DNA of 64,000 nt from Deltaproteobacteria bacterium. GTDB taxonomy: Bacteria > Desulfobacterota > DSM-4660 > Desulfatiglandales > Desulfatiglandaceae. The stretch covers positions 1,080 to 65,079 of the forward strand of contig JAOZOW010000006.1 in assembly GCA_029933075.1 (NCBI GenBank), written 5' to 3'. This document shows positions 49,216-58,354 of this stretch, piece after piece. Under the pieces are notes generated by a model. It saw only the letters and a list, made by a program, of their open reading frames with translations, did not search any database and had not been told where the DNA came from. Position numbers and translations under genes: made by a program. Every line of letters starts with the position of its first letter. The first letter of the stretch is position 1.

Positions 49216-50046
49216 TTAATCAATGGTGGAGGTGTCTCCGAGGTAGGCTTTTATTACTTGAGGGTGATTTTGAATGAAATCAGGGGAACCTTCTGCCAGC
49301 TTGACCCCGAAGTCAAGAACCATAATCCGCTTTGAGATACTCATTACAACGGACATGTCGTGTTCCACGAGAATCATGGTCTGATTCCATGCCTCATTCA
49401 ATTCCAGGAGGAACCGGACCATATCCTCCTTTTCCTCCAGTGTCATCCCTGCGAAGGGCTCATCGAGTACCAGTAGCTTGGGTTCCAATGCCAGAGCCCG
49501 GCCCAGCTCCACGCGTTTGCGCATGCCGTAAGGCAGGGAGCCCACGAGCTTTTTCCGAAGCGATTGCATCTCCAGAAAGTCAATGAGCTCTTCCAGGACT
49601 TCTCGGTGTCGAACTTCTTCGTCTTTAACCGATTTTGTAAAGACAGACGCCTTGCCCACGTTATAGCTGCAGTGGATGTGGCGGGCCAGCATCATATTGG
49701 AAAGCACGGTCATGCCGGGGAAAAGCTCGATGTTCTGGTAGGTCCTTCCTATGCCGATTTTAGTGAGATGATGTGTGGGCAGATTGGTTATCTCTTTATC
49801 GTTGAAGAAGATTTGCCCTTCCTGGGGCTTGTAATAACCGGTGATGCAGTTGAGAAGGCTGGTCTTCCCTGCCCCGTTGGGACCAATTATGGCAACCAGC
49901 TCTCCGGTATTCACCGAGAAGTTGATCTTATTGAGGGCGGTGATGCCCCCGAATTTCAATGTTAGATTCTTCACCTCCAGCTCCGCCCGCTTGTCTTCGG
50001 GGCGGGCGGAGGCGAAGATACTCGGTTCACCGCGAAAGGCTTTCAT
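49216..50046 (-). CDS. livG: ABC transporter ATP-binding protein (LivG-like)
   Basis: GPNGAGKTS Walker A, LLVLDEP Walker B and the LivG-type N-terminal extension. ATGA overlap with the binding-protein gene. Confidence 0.9.
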   Translation of the reverse strand: MKAFRGEPSIFASARPEDKRAELEVKNLTLKFGGITALNKINFSVNTGELVAIIGPNGAGKTSLLNCITGYYKPQEGQIFFNDKEITNLPTHHLTKIGIGRTYQNIELFPGMTVLSNMMLARHIHCSYNVGKASVFTKSVKDEEVRHREVLEELIDFLEMQSLRKKLVGSLPYGMRKRVELGRALALEPKLLVLDEPFAGMTLEEKEDMVRFLLELNEAWNQTMILVEHDMSVVMSISKRIMVLDFGVKLAEGSPDFIQNHPQVIKAYLGDTSTID

Positions 50047-51251
50047 CTCAAGATCTTGACTTTCTCTTTGCCGGGTCCCCAGAAATTGGTGAGCGGCGTA
50101 TAGGTTCCATTTTCATTTATCTTTACGATCCTTGCCTTCCACGAGCCGCTGTGGTCCGTATTGGTATAAGTGAGGTTGGGGAAAAGCCCCCCGAAGTCCT
50201 CATTGCGGAATGTCTGCAAGGCCTGATTAATCGTCTGGCTGTTGACTTCTCCGAATTTTTCGTTCGCCCTCTGGAAGGCCCTCTCCATGATCATGGCAAC
50301 CACCACGCCTTCCCAGTAGGAGGCATCAAAAGATGTCACGGTCTTATACTTCTTCCACAGCTCTTGCATAGCTTTCATCCCCGGTGTGCCGTCTACAGGC
50401 AGGCCGCCTGGGAACTGCATATGCATGCGATTGCGGATCAGACCTTTTCCGCGTTTGAAAAAGTCCGGGTCTGTGGATGTCCAGGTTCCGAAGAACGGAA
50501 CATCATACTTGATACGATCAGCGGATTGCAGAGCCATAAGGATGGCCGAAGGGAGACACTGCATAAAGATGTATTCAGCCCCCTTCTGTTTGAGCCTGAG
50601 CAGTTCCGTGTTGAGATCAAGAGTCTTGGGAGGAAACTGTTCGATAGCAACAATATTTACGTTGTGCTTCTCAGCATATTCCTTGCTGGCCGCATGAATG
50701 GACTTCCCATATGCATTGTTATAGGTCAGGAGGCCCACTTTGGGCGCTGAAGCTCCCTTGTGGATATTTTTGATATACTCCAGCACAGCATAGCTGTCCA
50801 TGATATAACTTCCATAGGGAAGGTAGGCATAGTCCACAGGTGGTTTAAGGATTCCCTGGTAGGTGGAGAAATTGATGTTGGGGACCTTGTACTTCTGGAT
50901 AATAGGTTTGCACATGATGCCCGATCCGGCATCCCAGGTTGCAGTAATATCCATCTTATCCTCAGTACAGAATTTCTTGATGAATTTAATGGCCTCAGGA
51001 ACCTTGTAGGCATGGTCGACTATGGTCAGGTTGATTTTGTTACCCCCTATGCCGCCCTTTACCTCATTAACGTAACGCATGTAGTCTTTCATTCCCTTGG
51101 CATGGAACTGGCCCCAGGTGGAGGCGGGCCCTGTCAGGTTGATAACCGCCCCGACTTTGATCTCTTTGGCACATACTGCGTTCATGGAACCCAAAGTGAT
51201 CAAGCCCATCGCAACCACTGAGACTACTGCCAAAATCAAGAACTTACGCAT
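50043..51251 (-). CDS. Periplasmic substrate-binding protein (LivK/type-I PBP family)
   Basis: MRKFLILAVVSVVAMGLITLGSMNAVCA signal peptide followed by KEIKVGAVINLTGPAS. AAAGGAGGGAG RBS before ATG 51251. Confidence 0.88.
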   Translation of the reverse strand: MRKFLILAVVSVVAMGLITLGSMNAVCAKEIKVGAVINLTGPASTWGQFHAKGMKDYMRYVNEVKGGIGGNKINLTIVDHAYKVPEAIKFIKKFCTEDKMDITATWDAGSGIMCKPIIQKYKVPNINFSTYQGILKPPVDYAYLPYGSYIMDSYAVLEYIKNIHKGASAPKVGLLTYNNAYGKSIHAASKEYAEKHNVNIVAIEQFPPKTLDLNTELLRLKQKGAEYIFMQCLPSAILMALQSADRIKYDVPFFGTWTSTDPDFFKRGKGLIRNRMHMQFPGGLPVDGTPGMKAMQELWKKYKTVTSFDASYWEGVVVAMIMERAFQRANEKFGEVNSQTINQALQTFRNEDFGGLFPNLTYTNTDHSGSWKARIVKINENGTYTPLTNFWGPGKEKVKILR

Positions 51252-51360
51252 GGTCTCCCTCCTTTGAAAATGGTTAGTTCTTATTACCCACAAGCCTTAA
51301 TTCTTCCCTATATAATATCACCAACCTTTCTGTTTGTGAAATATTAAGTGAACGCCGTGA

Positions 51361-51390
51361 ATTTATTTTACTTTTTAACATCTTGTCAAG
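51361..51390 (-). promoter_or_regulatory. Candidate promoter of the liv-type operon
   Basis: On the minus strand: TTGACA (51390-51385), 18 nt, ATAAAT (51366-51361). Confidence 0.3.
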
Positions 51391-51569
51391 GGAAATCGTC
51401 CGCGGACTTCCGCGGGAGACTCATGTAAAGATGCCTTGTCAAGGCGGGGTGTCGTAAGAGGTCGGACATGCTCTTTATGGATGATACGTTTACAATTTAA
51501 CTGCAATTTAGCTTTAAAGTAGCTATTGTATGACCACATGAGGCCTGTCAAGAAAAAACCATAAAACCC

Positions 51570-51598
51570 TTGACATGCCCGGGACAGGGTGCTATCAA
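51570..51598 (+). promoter_or_regulatory. Candidate sigma70-type promoter of the tetR-etfBA unit
   Basis: TTGACA (51570-51575), 17 nt, TATCAA (51593-51598). Confidence 0.45.
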
Positions 51599-51602
51599 GC
51601 CT

Positions 51603-51622
51603 GTGAATGAATAGTCATTCAC
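51603..51622 (+). promoter_or_regulatory. Perfect inverted repeat GTGAATGA-ATAG-TCATTCAC; probable operator of the adjacent FadR-like TetR repressor
   Basis: 8+8-bp palindrome 5 nt downstream of the -10 hexamer and 16 nt upstream of the tetR ATG. The TGAATGA-N-TCATTCA core resembles the Bacillus FadR (YsiA) box as I recall it. Confidence 0.5.
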
Positions 51623-51637
51623 CAAAGGACTGTCATC

Positions 51638-52228
51638 ATGGGTAAGCGGAAAAACAGTGAAAAATATCACAGGATAATAGAGGCTGCCACCAAGATATTC
51701 GCGGACAAGGGATTCTATCAGACAAAAATTTCCGAGATTGCCAGGGAGGCGGGGGTGGCCGATGGAACCATCTATATCTACTTTGAAAACAAGGATGACA
51801 TACTGATATCGCTCTTTGAGGAGCGGATGAAGGAAGTGCTCGATAATATGAGGGAGCAGGTCTCCAAAGAAGGAGATCCCGTAAAAAAACTGGAGACATT
51901 TGCTCTGGCCCACCTGCGCCTGGTGGAACAGAATAAGAGCATGGCGGAGATCATCCAGGTGGAATTGCGACAGAGCAGTAAATTCATGAAAGAGTATAAG
52001 AATGAGCAATTCCTCGAGTATCTCGAACTGATAGCGGAGATTATTCGCCAGGGGCAGAGAAAAGGAATATTCAGGAAGGATATTATCCCGGGTGTTGCCA
52101 AGAGGGCGTTTTTCGGCGCCTTGGACGAGATGTCCCGATTCTGGGTATTGTCAAGCCGCAAGCAATATGATATTAGTACCGCTGCCAGGCAGATCAGCGG
52201 TTATTTTTTGACGGGCATAAAGGCCTGA
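51638..52228 (+). CDS. TetR/AcrR-family regulator, FadR(YsiA)-like
   Basis: HTH ATKIFADKGFYQTKISEIAREAGVADGTIYIYFENKDDIL. The tetR-etfB-etfA gene order matches that of Bacillus fadR. Confidence 0.85.
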   Translation: MGKRKNSEKYHRIIEAATKIFADKGFYQTKISEIAREAGVADGTIYIYFENKDDILISLFEERMKEVLDNMREQVSKEGDPVKKLETFALAHLRLVEQNKSMAEIIQVELRQSSKFMKEYKNEQFLEYLELIAEIIRQGQRKGIFRKDIIPGVAKRAFFGALDEMSRFWVLSSRKQYDISTAARQISGYFLTGIKA

Positions 52229-52291
52229 TTGAAAAGTGTGAGTCCAAAGAGACTCAAAATCTTTCCTGCGGGGTGAAAGGAGGACAATAAA

Positions 52292-53086
52292 GTGAATATC
52301 GTGGTTTGTATAAAGCAGGTTCCAGACACAGAGACCCAGATCAAGATCGCTTCGGACAACAAGTCCATTGTGACGGACGATATCAAATGGGTCATGAACC
52401 CTTATGATGAGTTCGGCGTGGAGGAGGCCCTTCGTCTGAAAGAGAAGTTCGGAGGGGAGGTTACCGTGGTTGGGTTGGGCCCCAAGAGGGTGACCGAATC
52501 CCTGCGGACCGCGCTGGCTATGGGCGCTGACAAGGCGGTCCTGATCACCGATGACGCCCTGGAGGGCAGTGATTCCCTTGCCGTTGCCAAGGCCCTTGCG
52601 GCAGCCATCAAGGATTTGGAATATGACCTGATCTTCACTGGCCAGAGGGGCGTGGATGACGATATGGGAGTTGCGGGAGCCTCGCTGGCGGAACTGCTGG
52701 GGATTCCCCATGTGGCCCTGGCAGTGAAAGTGGAGGTGGCGGAAGACGGTAAATCCGTAAAGGTGCACAGGCCCGTGGAAGGCCAGACCCTGGTCATCGA
52801 GTCCGGTCTGCCCGTGCTGATCACCGCACAGAAAGGTTTGAACGAACCCAGATACGCCTCTTTGCCGGGCATAATGAAAGCGAAAAAGAAACCTTTGGAT
52901 GAAAAAAGCCTCTCGGACCTGGGGCTGGACAGTGCGCAATTCGGGCAGGAGGGCAGGAAGGTGAAGGTGTTGGAGTTGACCCCGCCTCCTGAAAGGGCCG
53001 CCGGAAAGATCGTGGAGGGGGAGACCCCTCAGGAAAAGGCGGCGGAGCTGGCCAGACTGCTCCATGAAGAGGCCAAAGTCATATAG
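52292..53086 (+). CDS. etfB: Electron transfer flavoprotein beta subunit
   Basis: GTG start after a GAAAGGAGG RBS; begins MNIVVCIKQVPDTETQIKI; 264 aa. Confidence 0.92.
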   Translation: MNIVVCIKQVPDTETQIKIASDNKSIVTDDIKWVMNPYDEFGVEEALRLKEKFGGEVTVVGLGPKRVTESLRTALAMGADKAVLITDDALEGSDSLAVAKALAAAIKDLEYDLIFTGQRGVDDDMGVAGASLAELLGIPHVALAVKVEVAEDGKSVKVHRPVEGQTLVIESGLPVLITAQKGLNEPRYASLPGIMKAKKKPLDEKSLSDLGLDSAQFGQEGRKVKVLELTPPPERAAGKIVEGETPQEKAAELARLLHEEAKVI

Positions 53087-53168
53087 ACGATGACCTACGA
53101 GAGCCCTGATGTGAAAGCATCCAATTATAACATGATCAAAATCCAATAAAAGCAAGGAGAAGATAGAA

Positions 53169-54158
53169 ATGGCGCAGGGAGTTTGGACCATAGTTGAGCA
53201 AAGAGAGGGTGAAATCCGGAAAATCAGTTATGAAATAATAAGCGAAGGGAGGAGGCTCGCGGATGCGCTCGGTCAGGAGCTCACCGCGGTCCTGCTGGGC
53301 GCCGGTATCAAGGAAAAGGCGGCCGGGCTCGGACACTACGGGGCCGACAAGGTGATGGTTGCGGATGATCCCAGGCTGGATCCTTATACCACGGACGCCT
53401 ATGTGGCCGTTATCTCCCAGCTCGTAAAGGCCGGTGAACCCGCCCTGTTGTTGGTGGGCGCCTCAGTGCAAGGCAAGGACCTTGCGGCCAGGTTGTCGGC
53501 AAATCTCGATGTTGGAATGGCCCAGGACTGCACGGCATTCGCCATAGAAGATGGAAATCTGGTGGCCATTCGGCCCATATATGCCGGCAAGGCCTATGCC
53601 AAGGTCACGTTCGAAAACAGCCGGCCCCAGATGGCAACGGCCAGGCCCAATGTGATGGCCATCAATGAGCCGGATACCTCGAAGTCGGCCGAAGTGATCG
53701 ATGCCTCATTCACTCTGGAAGACAGCGCCTTGAAGACCAAGGTGGCCGAGGTGATCAAAGACGAGAGCGGGAAGGTGGATCTTACGGAGGCGGACAAGAT
53801 AGTTTCTGGCGGAAGGGGCATGAAAGGCCCTGAAAATTACAAGATCCTTGAAGAGCTGGCCGACCTTATAGGCGCCAGCGTGGGGGCATCGCGATCGGCA
53901 GTGGATGCCGGGTGGAGGCCCCATTCGGACCAGGTGGGGCAGACGGGAAAGGTGGTCTCCCCAAATCTCTATATTGCCTGTGGCATCTCCGGAGCGATAC
54001 AGCATCTGGCGGGTATGAGCACGTCCAAGGTGATCGTTGCCATCAACAAGGATCCAGACGCTCCCATATTCCAGAAGGCCGATTACGGAGTGGTAGCGGA
54101 CCTTTTTGACGTGGTCCCTGCACTAACAGAGGAAGTGAAAAAGTATCTGGAGGGTTGA
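53169..54158 (+). CDS. etfA: Electron transfer flavoprotein alpha subunit
   Basis: VSGGRGMKGPENY...GASRSAVDAGW...QVGQTGKVVSPNLYIACGISGAIQHLAGM FAD-binding signature. Confidence 0.92.
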   Translation: MAQGVWTIVEQREGEIRKISYEIISEGRRLADALGQELTAVLLGAGIKEKAAGLGHYGADKVMVADDPRLDPYTTDAYVAVISQLVKAGEPALLLVGASVQGKDLAARLSANLDVGMAQDCTAFAIEDGNLVAIRPIYAGKAYAKVTFENSRPQMATARPNVMAINEPDTSKSAEVIDASFTLEDSALKTKVAEVIKDESGKVDLTEADKIVSGGRGMKGPENYKILEELADLIGASVGASRSAVDAGWRPHSDQVGQTGKVVSPNLYIACGISGAIQHLAGMSTSKVIVAINKDPDAPIFQKADYGVVADLFDVVPALTEEVKKYLEG

Positions 54159-54218
54159 GAAAGAAGGGCGGACGGACGCGGCCCGTATCCCCTGAAGCGA
54201 CTGCCATAAGATAAAGTA

Positions 54219-54254
54219 AAAGGGCGCGGATCCGAAAGAGATCTTGCGCCCTTT
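54219..54254. terminator. Bidirectional terminator hairpin between convergent etfA and a hypothetical gene
   Basis: AAAGGGCGC (54219-54227) pairs with GCGCCCTTT (54246-54254), with T/A-rich flanks. Confidence 0.55.
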
Positions 54255-54266
54255 ATGTTTGTGGGA

Positions 54267-54935
54267 TCATACGAGTTCCAAAAATTGCTCCAGAGTGAGC
54301 GCCTCCAGCTCCTTTCGTAGCTCTTCATCGGTCACAGGGGCTGGGTCGGGATCCGGCGGACTCCCTGGACCCAGAAGTGCCTTAAGTGTCGCAGGACCCG
54401 GATCGTCAAGCCATTCAATGATTTTGACGGCAGGTTTTCGAATCTCCTCGAGCTCCCGCCACATGGCCAGGGCTATCTCCTTCGGCTCACCCGAGGCAAG
54501 GTGGGGTGCTGTGAAAAACCGGTCCAGTATAACTGCAAGTGGCACCTCAATCTCCTTCTCAATGAGGTATTGAAGTTTTTCAAGGTATGCGCGCTGGAAT
54601 AGAACCTTGTCCATCTTGTCCCTTTGGAGCTCCTTTTTCAGCAGAACCCCATACTTGAGCCTCAAGTCCCTGTATCTTCTCAGAGGCTCGGGGATCCATG
54701 GCCTTGACTCAAGTTTTTCCTCCAAGAAAGGCCTCTCCGACCGGTCTTTTTCCATGAAGGGCTGAAGTTTTGGCTCAACAGGAGAAGGCCCTTCCAGGAT
54801 CTGTATCCGCATACCGGGCCTCAGGGCATGGAATTCTCCCTGCTCGGTGATGATGCCCACCTCATGGTGTCCGCACGCATGACATCGCCTTGAAGAGACG
54901 GTGCCGATGATCGGCCTATTTACTTTTGTTCCCAC
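54267..54935 (-). CDS. Hypothetical protein (222 aa) with an N-terminal Cys/His cluster
   Basis: GTG start. Contains RRCHACGHHEVGIITEQGEF and a proline-rich linker (PGSPPDPDPAP). No family recognised. Confidence 0.5.
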   Translation of the reverse strand: MGTKVNRPIIGTVSSRRCHACGHHEVGIITEQGEFHALRPGMRIQILEGPSPVEPKLQPFMEKDRSERPFLEEKLESRPWIPEPLRRYRDLRLKYGVLLKKELQRDKMDKVLFQRAYLEKLQYLIEKEIEVPLAVILDRFFTAPHLASGEPKEIALAMWRELEEIRKPAVKIIEWLDDPGPATLKALLGPGSPPDPDPAPVTDEELRKELEALTLEQFLELV

Positions 54936-55037
54936 TTCTCAATTTTCCTCTGGGGTCCTTCGCTTCACTTTGGGTACCGGCATGGGCAGGTCGCGGGGTT
55001 AGCGCAAGACAGACTGGATCCCCCATGCCGGTCGGGG

Positions 55038-56339
55038 TCAACGCATCAGTCCGGGCAGGAAGAGGGCGATCTGGGGAAAAATCAAGAGAATCAGATTGCA
55101 GATGAGAAGCGCTGCAAGCATGGGAAGGACCCCTCTGAATATGGCTTCTAACGGAACATCTTTAGCAACGCCGTAAACCACATAGACGTTGACCCCCACA
55201 GGGGGTGTGATCACGCCCATCTCTGTGATCAGCACAATCACGACCCCGAACCATATGGGATCATATCCCAGGGCCTGAGACACGGGGAAGAATATGGGGA
55301 TGGTAAGCATGATCATGGCCAGGGCATCCATGAAGCAGCCACCAAAAAGGTAAACCATTATGATGACCCCCATAATAGCGGATTTGGGCAGGGGAAGGGT
55401 GGTGACCCAATCAGCTAACTGGAAAGGCACCCTGGTTACGGCCATGAAATGTCCGAATATGACTGCGCCGGTGACAATTACCATTACCATGCAACTGATC
55501 CGCGTGGTGTCGGCAAGGGACTTAACGAACCCTTCCCATGAGAGCTGTTTTCGTATGATGGCCAGTAACAACGTGAGGAACGCCCCTGCAGCGGCCGCTT
55601 CTGTAGGAGTGAAGATCCCGAAGAAGATGCCGCCCATGACCAGAGCGAAGATAACCAATGTTTCCAGCACTCCCGCAAAGGATCTGATTTTTTCCTTTAA
55701 AGAGGTCTTTGGTCCGGGAGGGGCAAGGGCTGGGTTTTTAAGGACCCTCAGATAGATGGTCATCAGGAACAGGAAAGAGAGAAGTATGCCGGGGAGAATC
55801 CCTGCGGCGAAGAGCTTGCCGATGGATTGCTCGGTCAGTATCCCGTAGACAATGAAGATGACGCTGGGCGGGATCAGAATACCGAGGCTCCCCGCAGCCG
55901 CTACCGTGCCGGTGGCGAGGCTCATGTCGTAATTGTATCGCTTCATTTCTGGCAGTGTAACGGTGGCCATGGTGGCTGCCGTGGCATTGGTGGAACCGGA
56001 GATGGCCGAAAACCCGGCGCAGGCTCCTACCGTGGCCATGGCAAGACCGCCTTTGCGGCTGCCCAGGAATACGTAAGCGGAGTCGTAAAGCCTTCGGCTG
56101 ATGCCGGAGTGAAAGGCGATCTGACCCATGAAGACGAAAAGGGGGATTACAGTCAGGCCATAAGAGGAAAACACCTCGAAGACGTCTCTTGCAAGCAGGC
56201 TGAGGCCGGGTGCCAGTCCACGGACATAGCTGAACCCTACAAAGCCGAGGAACCCCATTACAAAACCTACCGGCATGTTTGAGAACAGGAGGATGACTAA
56301 GACGATGATTCCTATGATGCCTATTGCGGTTAAGCTCAT
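55038..56339 (-). CDS. dctM: TRAP transporter large permease (DctM family)
   Basis: 433-aa polytopic protein with ATGA overlap with dctQ. Confidence 0.9.
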   Translation of the reverse strand: MSLTAIGIIGIIVLVILLFSNMPVGFVMGFLGFVGFSYVRGLAPGLSLLARDVFEVFSSYGLTVIPLFVFMGQIAFHSGISRRLYDSAYVFLGSRKGGLAMATVGACAGFSAISGSTNATAATMATVTLPEMKRYNYDMSLATGTVAAAGSLGILIPPSVIFIVYGILTEQSIGKLFAAGILPGILLSFLFLMTIYLRVLKNPALAPPGPKTSLKEKIRSFAGVLETLVIFALVMGGIFFGIFTPTEAAAAGAFLTLLLAIIRKQLSWEGFVKSLADTTRISCMVMVIVTGAVIFGHFMAVTRVPFQLADWVTTLPLPKSAIMGVIIMVYLFGGCFMDALAMIMLTIPIFFPVSQALGYDPIWFGVVIVLITEMGVITPPVGVNVYVVYGVAKDVPLEAIFRGVLPMLAALLICNLILLIFPQIALFLPGLMR

Positions 56340-56863
56340 TTGCCGAATACCTTGACGATGTTATTGGACAGGTCCACCAACAAAACGAGACACACAGCAG
56401 CCGAGGCAAAAGCTATCCCGTATACGAAGGGATAAAAAGGGAGTTGAAGAGTAAGGGATACCTCCCCCGTGGTCCGTAGTTGATTTGCGTACAGGACCGA
56501 CTGCCAGGCTATAAGGGCAAACAGGATGAACCCGGAGGAATCTGTTATGGTGCCAATTATGGCTTGAATTCTCTTGGGAAGAAGCCGCACGATCAGGCTT
56601 ACCGAGACATGCCCCTTTTCCACAGAGGTATGGGCCATGGCAAAGGCCACCGCAACCGCCCCGAGAAAGCACACCAGCTCATAGGTCCCGGGGATGGGTT
56701 TGAACGGTGAAAGAAAGGCCAGGTGATATCTATGATAGAAGGTTACTCCGAGGCGCAGGATTACGTCGGCACATGTAAGCAGCATCATGGCCACAATGGC
56801 AATCCCCGCAATCCAGTAAAGGATTTTTGCCAGCTCTTTTGAGGCTTTCTCCAAAAGCTTCAT
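56336..56863 (-). CDS. dctQ: TRAP transporter small permease (DctQ family)
   Basis: 175 aa with 4 predicted TM helices, upstream of and coupled to dctM. Confidence 0.85.
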   Translation of the reverse strand: MKLLEKASKELAKILYWIAGIAIVAMMLLTCADVILRLGVTFYHRYHLAFLSPFKPIPGTYELVCFLGAVAVAFAMAHTSVEKGHVSVSLIVRLLPKRIQAIIGTITDSSGFILFALIAWQSVLYANQLRTTGEVSLTLQLPFYPFVYGIAFASAAVCLVLLVDLSNNIVKVFGK

Positions 56864-57109
56864 CTTTCCACTACCTCGTCAATCCCTGTCGTTCCCTTCC
56901 AGGCATCGAGCGCACAACGGAAAGGTTTTGTACCTGGGGCCGGCCTTGCTCAGGACCCCGCTTTATTCACCGCACTGTTCGCCTTTAAACAAGAGGTAGC
57001 GAATCGCCCTTTAAAATGGTACCTTCTCTTGGGTTGAGAGCTCTTTATCACATTAGAAAGAAGAAAGTCAATGAAGACTGTTAGCAGACGATTGAAAAGG
57101 TTTTTTGTC

Positions 57110-57138
57110 TTGACATGGTTTGTTTCTTAAGCTAATTG
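57110..57138 (+). promoter_or_regulatory. Candidate promoter for dctP
   Basis: TTGACA (57110-57115), 17 nt, TAATTG (57133-57138). Confidence 0.3.
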
Positions 57139-57230
57139 CAAATACGTGAAGAAAGGCATAAACAGGGTTAAGGAGGTTATTGTAACGACGGATTAATTTA
57201 TTTAACGGTATTTTGAAAAGGAGGATGGCT

Positions 57231-58256
57231 ATGAAAGGCAGAGGACATGTGCTGGTTTTTTTTCTTGTAATCGCCGTTGGAATGATGTTCGGGTTTGCTC
57301 CCCAGGCCGCCCAGGCCAAGGCTATCGAGTTGAGCTATGCCAATTTTTTCCCGCCCAGTCACATACAGGCCAAGTTGGGTCAGTCCTGGGCCAAAGAGAT
57401 TGAAAAGCGCACAAACGGAAAGGTCAAGATTACTTACTACCCTGGGGGTTCCTTACTTAAGGGACCAAAGGTCTATGATGGCATTGTCAATGGCATCGCG
57501 GATATCGGGATGTCTGTCTTGGCTTACAGCCGGGGCCGGTTCCTGGCCATGGCGGCTTTTGATCTTCCCTTGGGGTATCCCAATGGCAAGGTTGCGACCC
57601 GGGTGGTGAATGACTTCTATAAAAAATTCAAGCCCAAAGAGCTTTCAGATGTAAAGATGCTCTATGTTTTTGGCCATGGACCCGGAATCCTCCACACCAA
57701 GAAGCCTGTTTATAAAATCGAAGACATAAAAGGCCTGAAAATCCGCGCCACCGGCAATAGCGCCAAGGTGGCCCAGGCCTTGGGGGCGGTCCCGGTGGCC
57801 ATGAGCCAGGGGCACGCCTATGAAGCCCTTCAGAAGGGCGTGGTGGATGGCACATTTGCCCCTATAGAGGTCTTGAAGGGATGGAAGCAGGCAGAAGTGA
57901 TCAAGTATACGACCGAATGTTACAGCATTGCATATTCGACCGGGTTTTTCGTGGCCATGAACCTCCAGAAGTGGAATGCCCTGCCAAAGGATGTGCAGAA
58001 GGTCTTTGAAGAGGTGAGCGAGGAATGGATTCCCAAGACCGGCGCGGCATGGGATTCCAGTGACGCGGAAGGTCGAAAGTTCACCCTGAGCCTGGGAAAT
58101 AAGATTATCCCCTTGTCCAAAGAGGAAAGCGCCCGCTGGGCCAAGGCTATAACGTCGGTTATCGCAAATTATGAAAAGAAGGCGGAGGCCAAAGGCTTGC
58201 CCGGGAAGGATTACGTGAAATTCCTCCAAAACGGCATCAAGAAATACAGCAAGTAG
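57231..58256 (+). CDS. dctP: TRAP transporter substrate-binding protein (DctP family)
   Basis: Signal peptide ending AQA-KAIEL, then NFFPPSH...IRATG...typical DctP motifs. AAAGGAGG RBS lies 6 nt before ATG 57231. Confidence 0.9.
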   Translation: MKGRGHVLVFFLVIAVGMMFGFAPQAAQAKAIELSYANFFPPSHIQAKLGQSWAKEIEKRTNGKVKITYYPGGSLLKGPKVYDGIVNGIADIGMSVLAYSRGRFLAMAAFDLPLGYPNGKVATRVVNDFYKKFKPKELSDVKMLYVFGHGPGILHTKKPVYKIEDIKGLKIRATGNSAKVAQALGAVPVAMSQGHAYEALQKGVVDGTFAPIEVLKGWKQAEVIKYTTECYSIAYSTGFFVAMNLQKWNALPKDVQKVFEEVSEEWIPKTGAAWDSSDAEGRKFTLSLGNKIIPLSKEESARWAKAITSVIANYEKKAEAKGLPGKDYVKFLQNGIKKYSK

Positions 58257-58280
58257 CGTATAATTGAACGCCGATTTTAA

Positions 58281-58327
58281 GAAGAGGGGTTGCGGTCTTC
58301 ACACACCTGAAGGCGTAATCCCTCTTC
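58281..58327. terminator. Hairpin between convergent dctP and the acyl-CoA synthetase gene
   Basis: GAAGAGGG (58281-58288) pairs with CCCTCTTC (58320-58327), with a nested CTTCA/TGAAG stem. Confidence 0.35.
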
Positions 58328-58354
58328 CTGTTTCCTGCATCAGGGCTTTAGGGT

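Noticed and set aside
49959-50750. 263-aa plus-strand ORF
   Set aside because: It is antisense to the substrate-binding protein and livG genes.
51382-51552. Repeated CTTGTCAAGG words (51382-51391 and 51435-51444; degenerate copy at 51545-51552) and tandem CCGCGG palindromes as a possible novel repeat element
   Set aside because: On the minus strand each word reads TTGACA, a -35 hexamer. They are most simply tandem promoter elements of the liv-type operon. Two and a half copies are too few to call a repeat family.
52151-53191. 346-aa minus-strand ORF
   Set aside because: It is antisense to etfB and the start of etfA; a shadow ORF.
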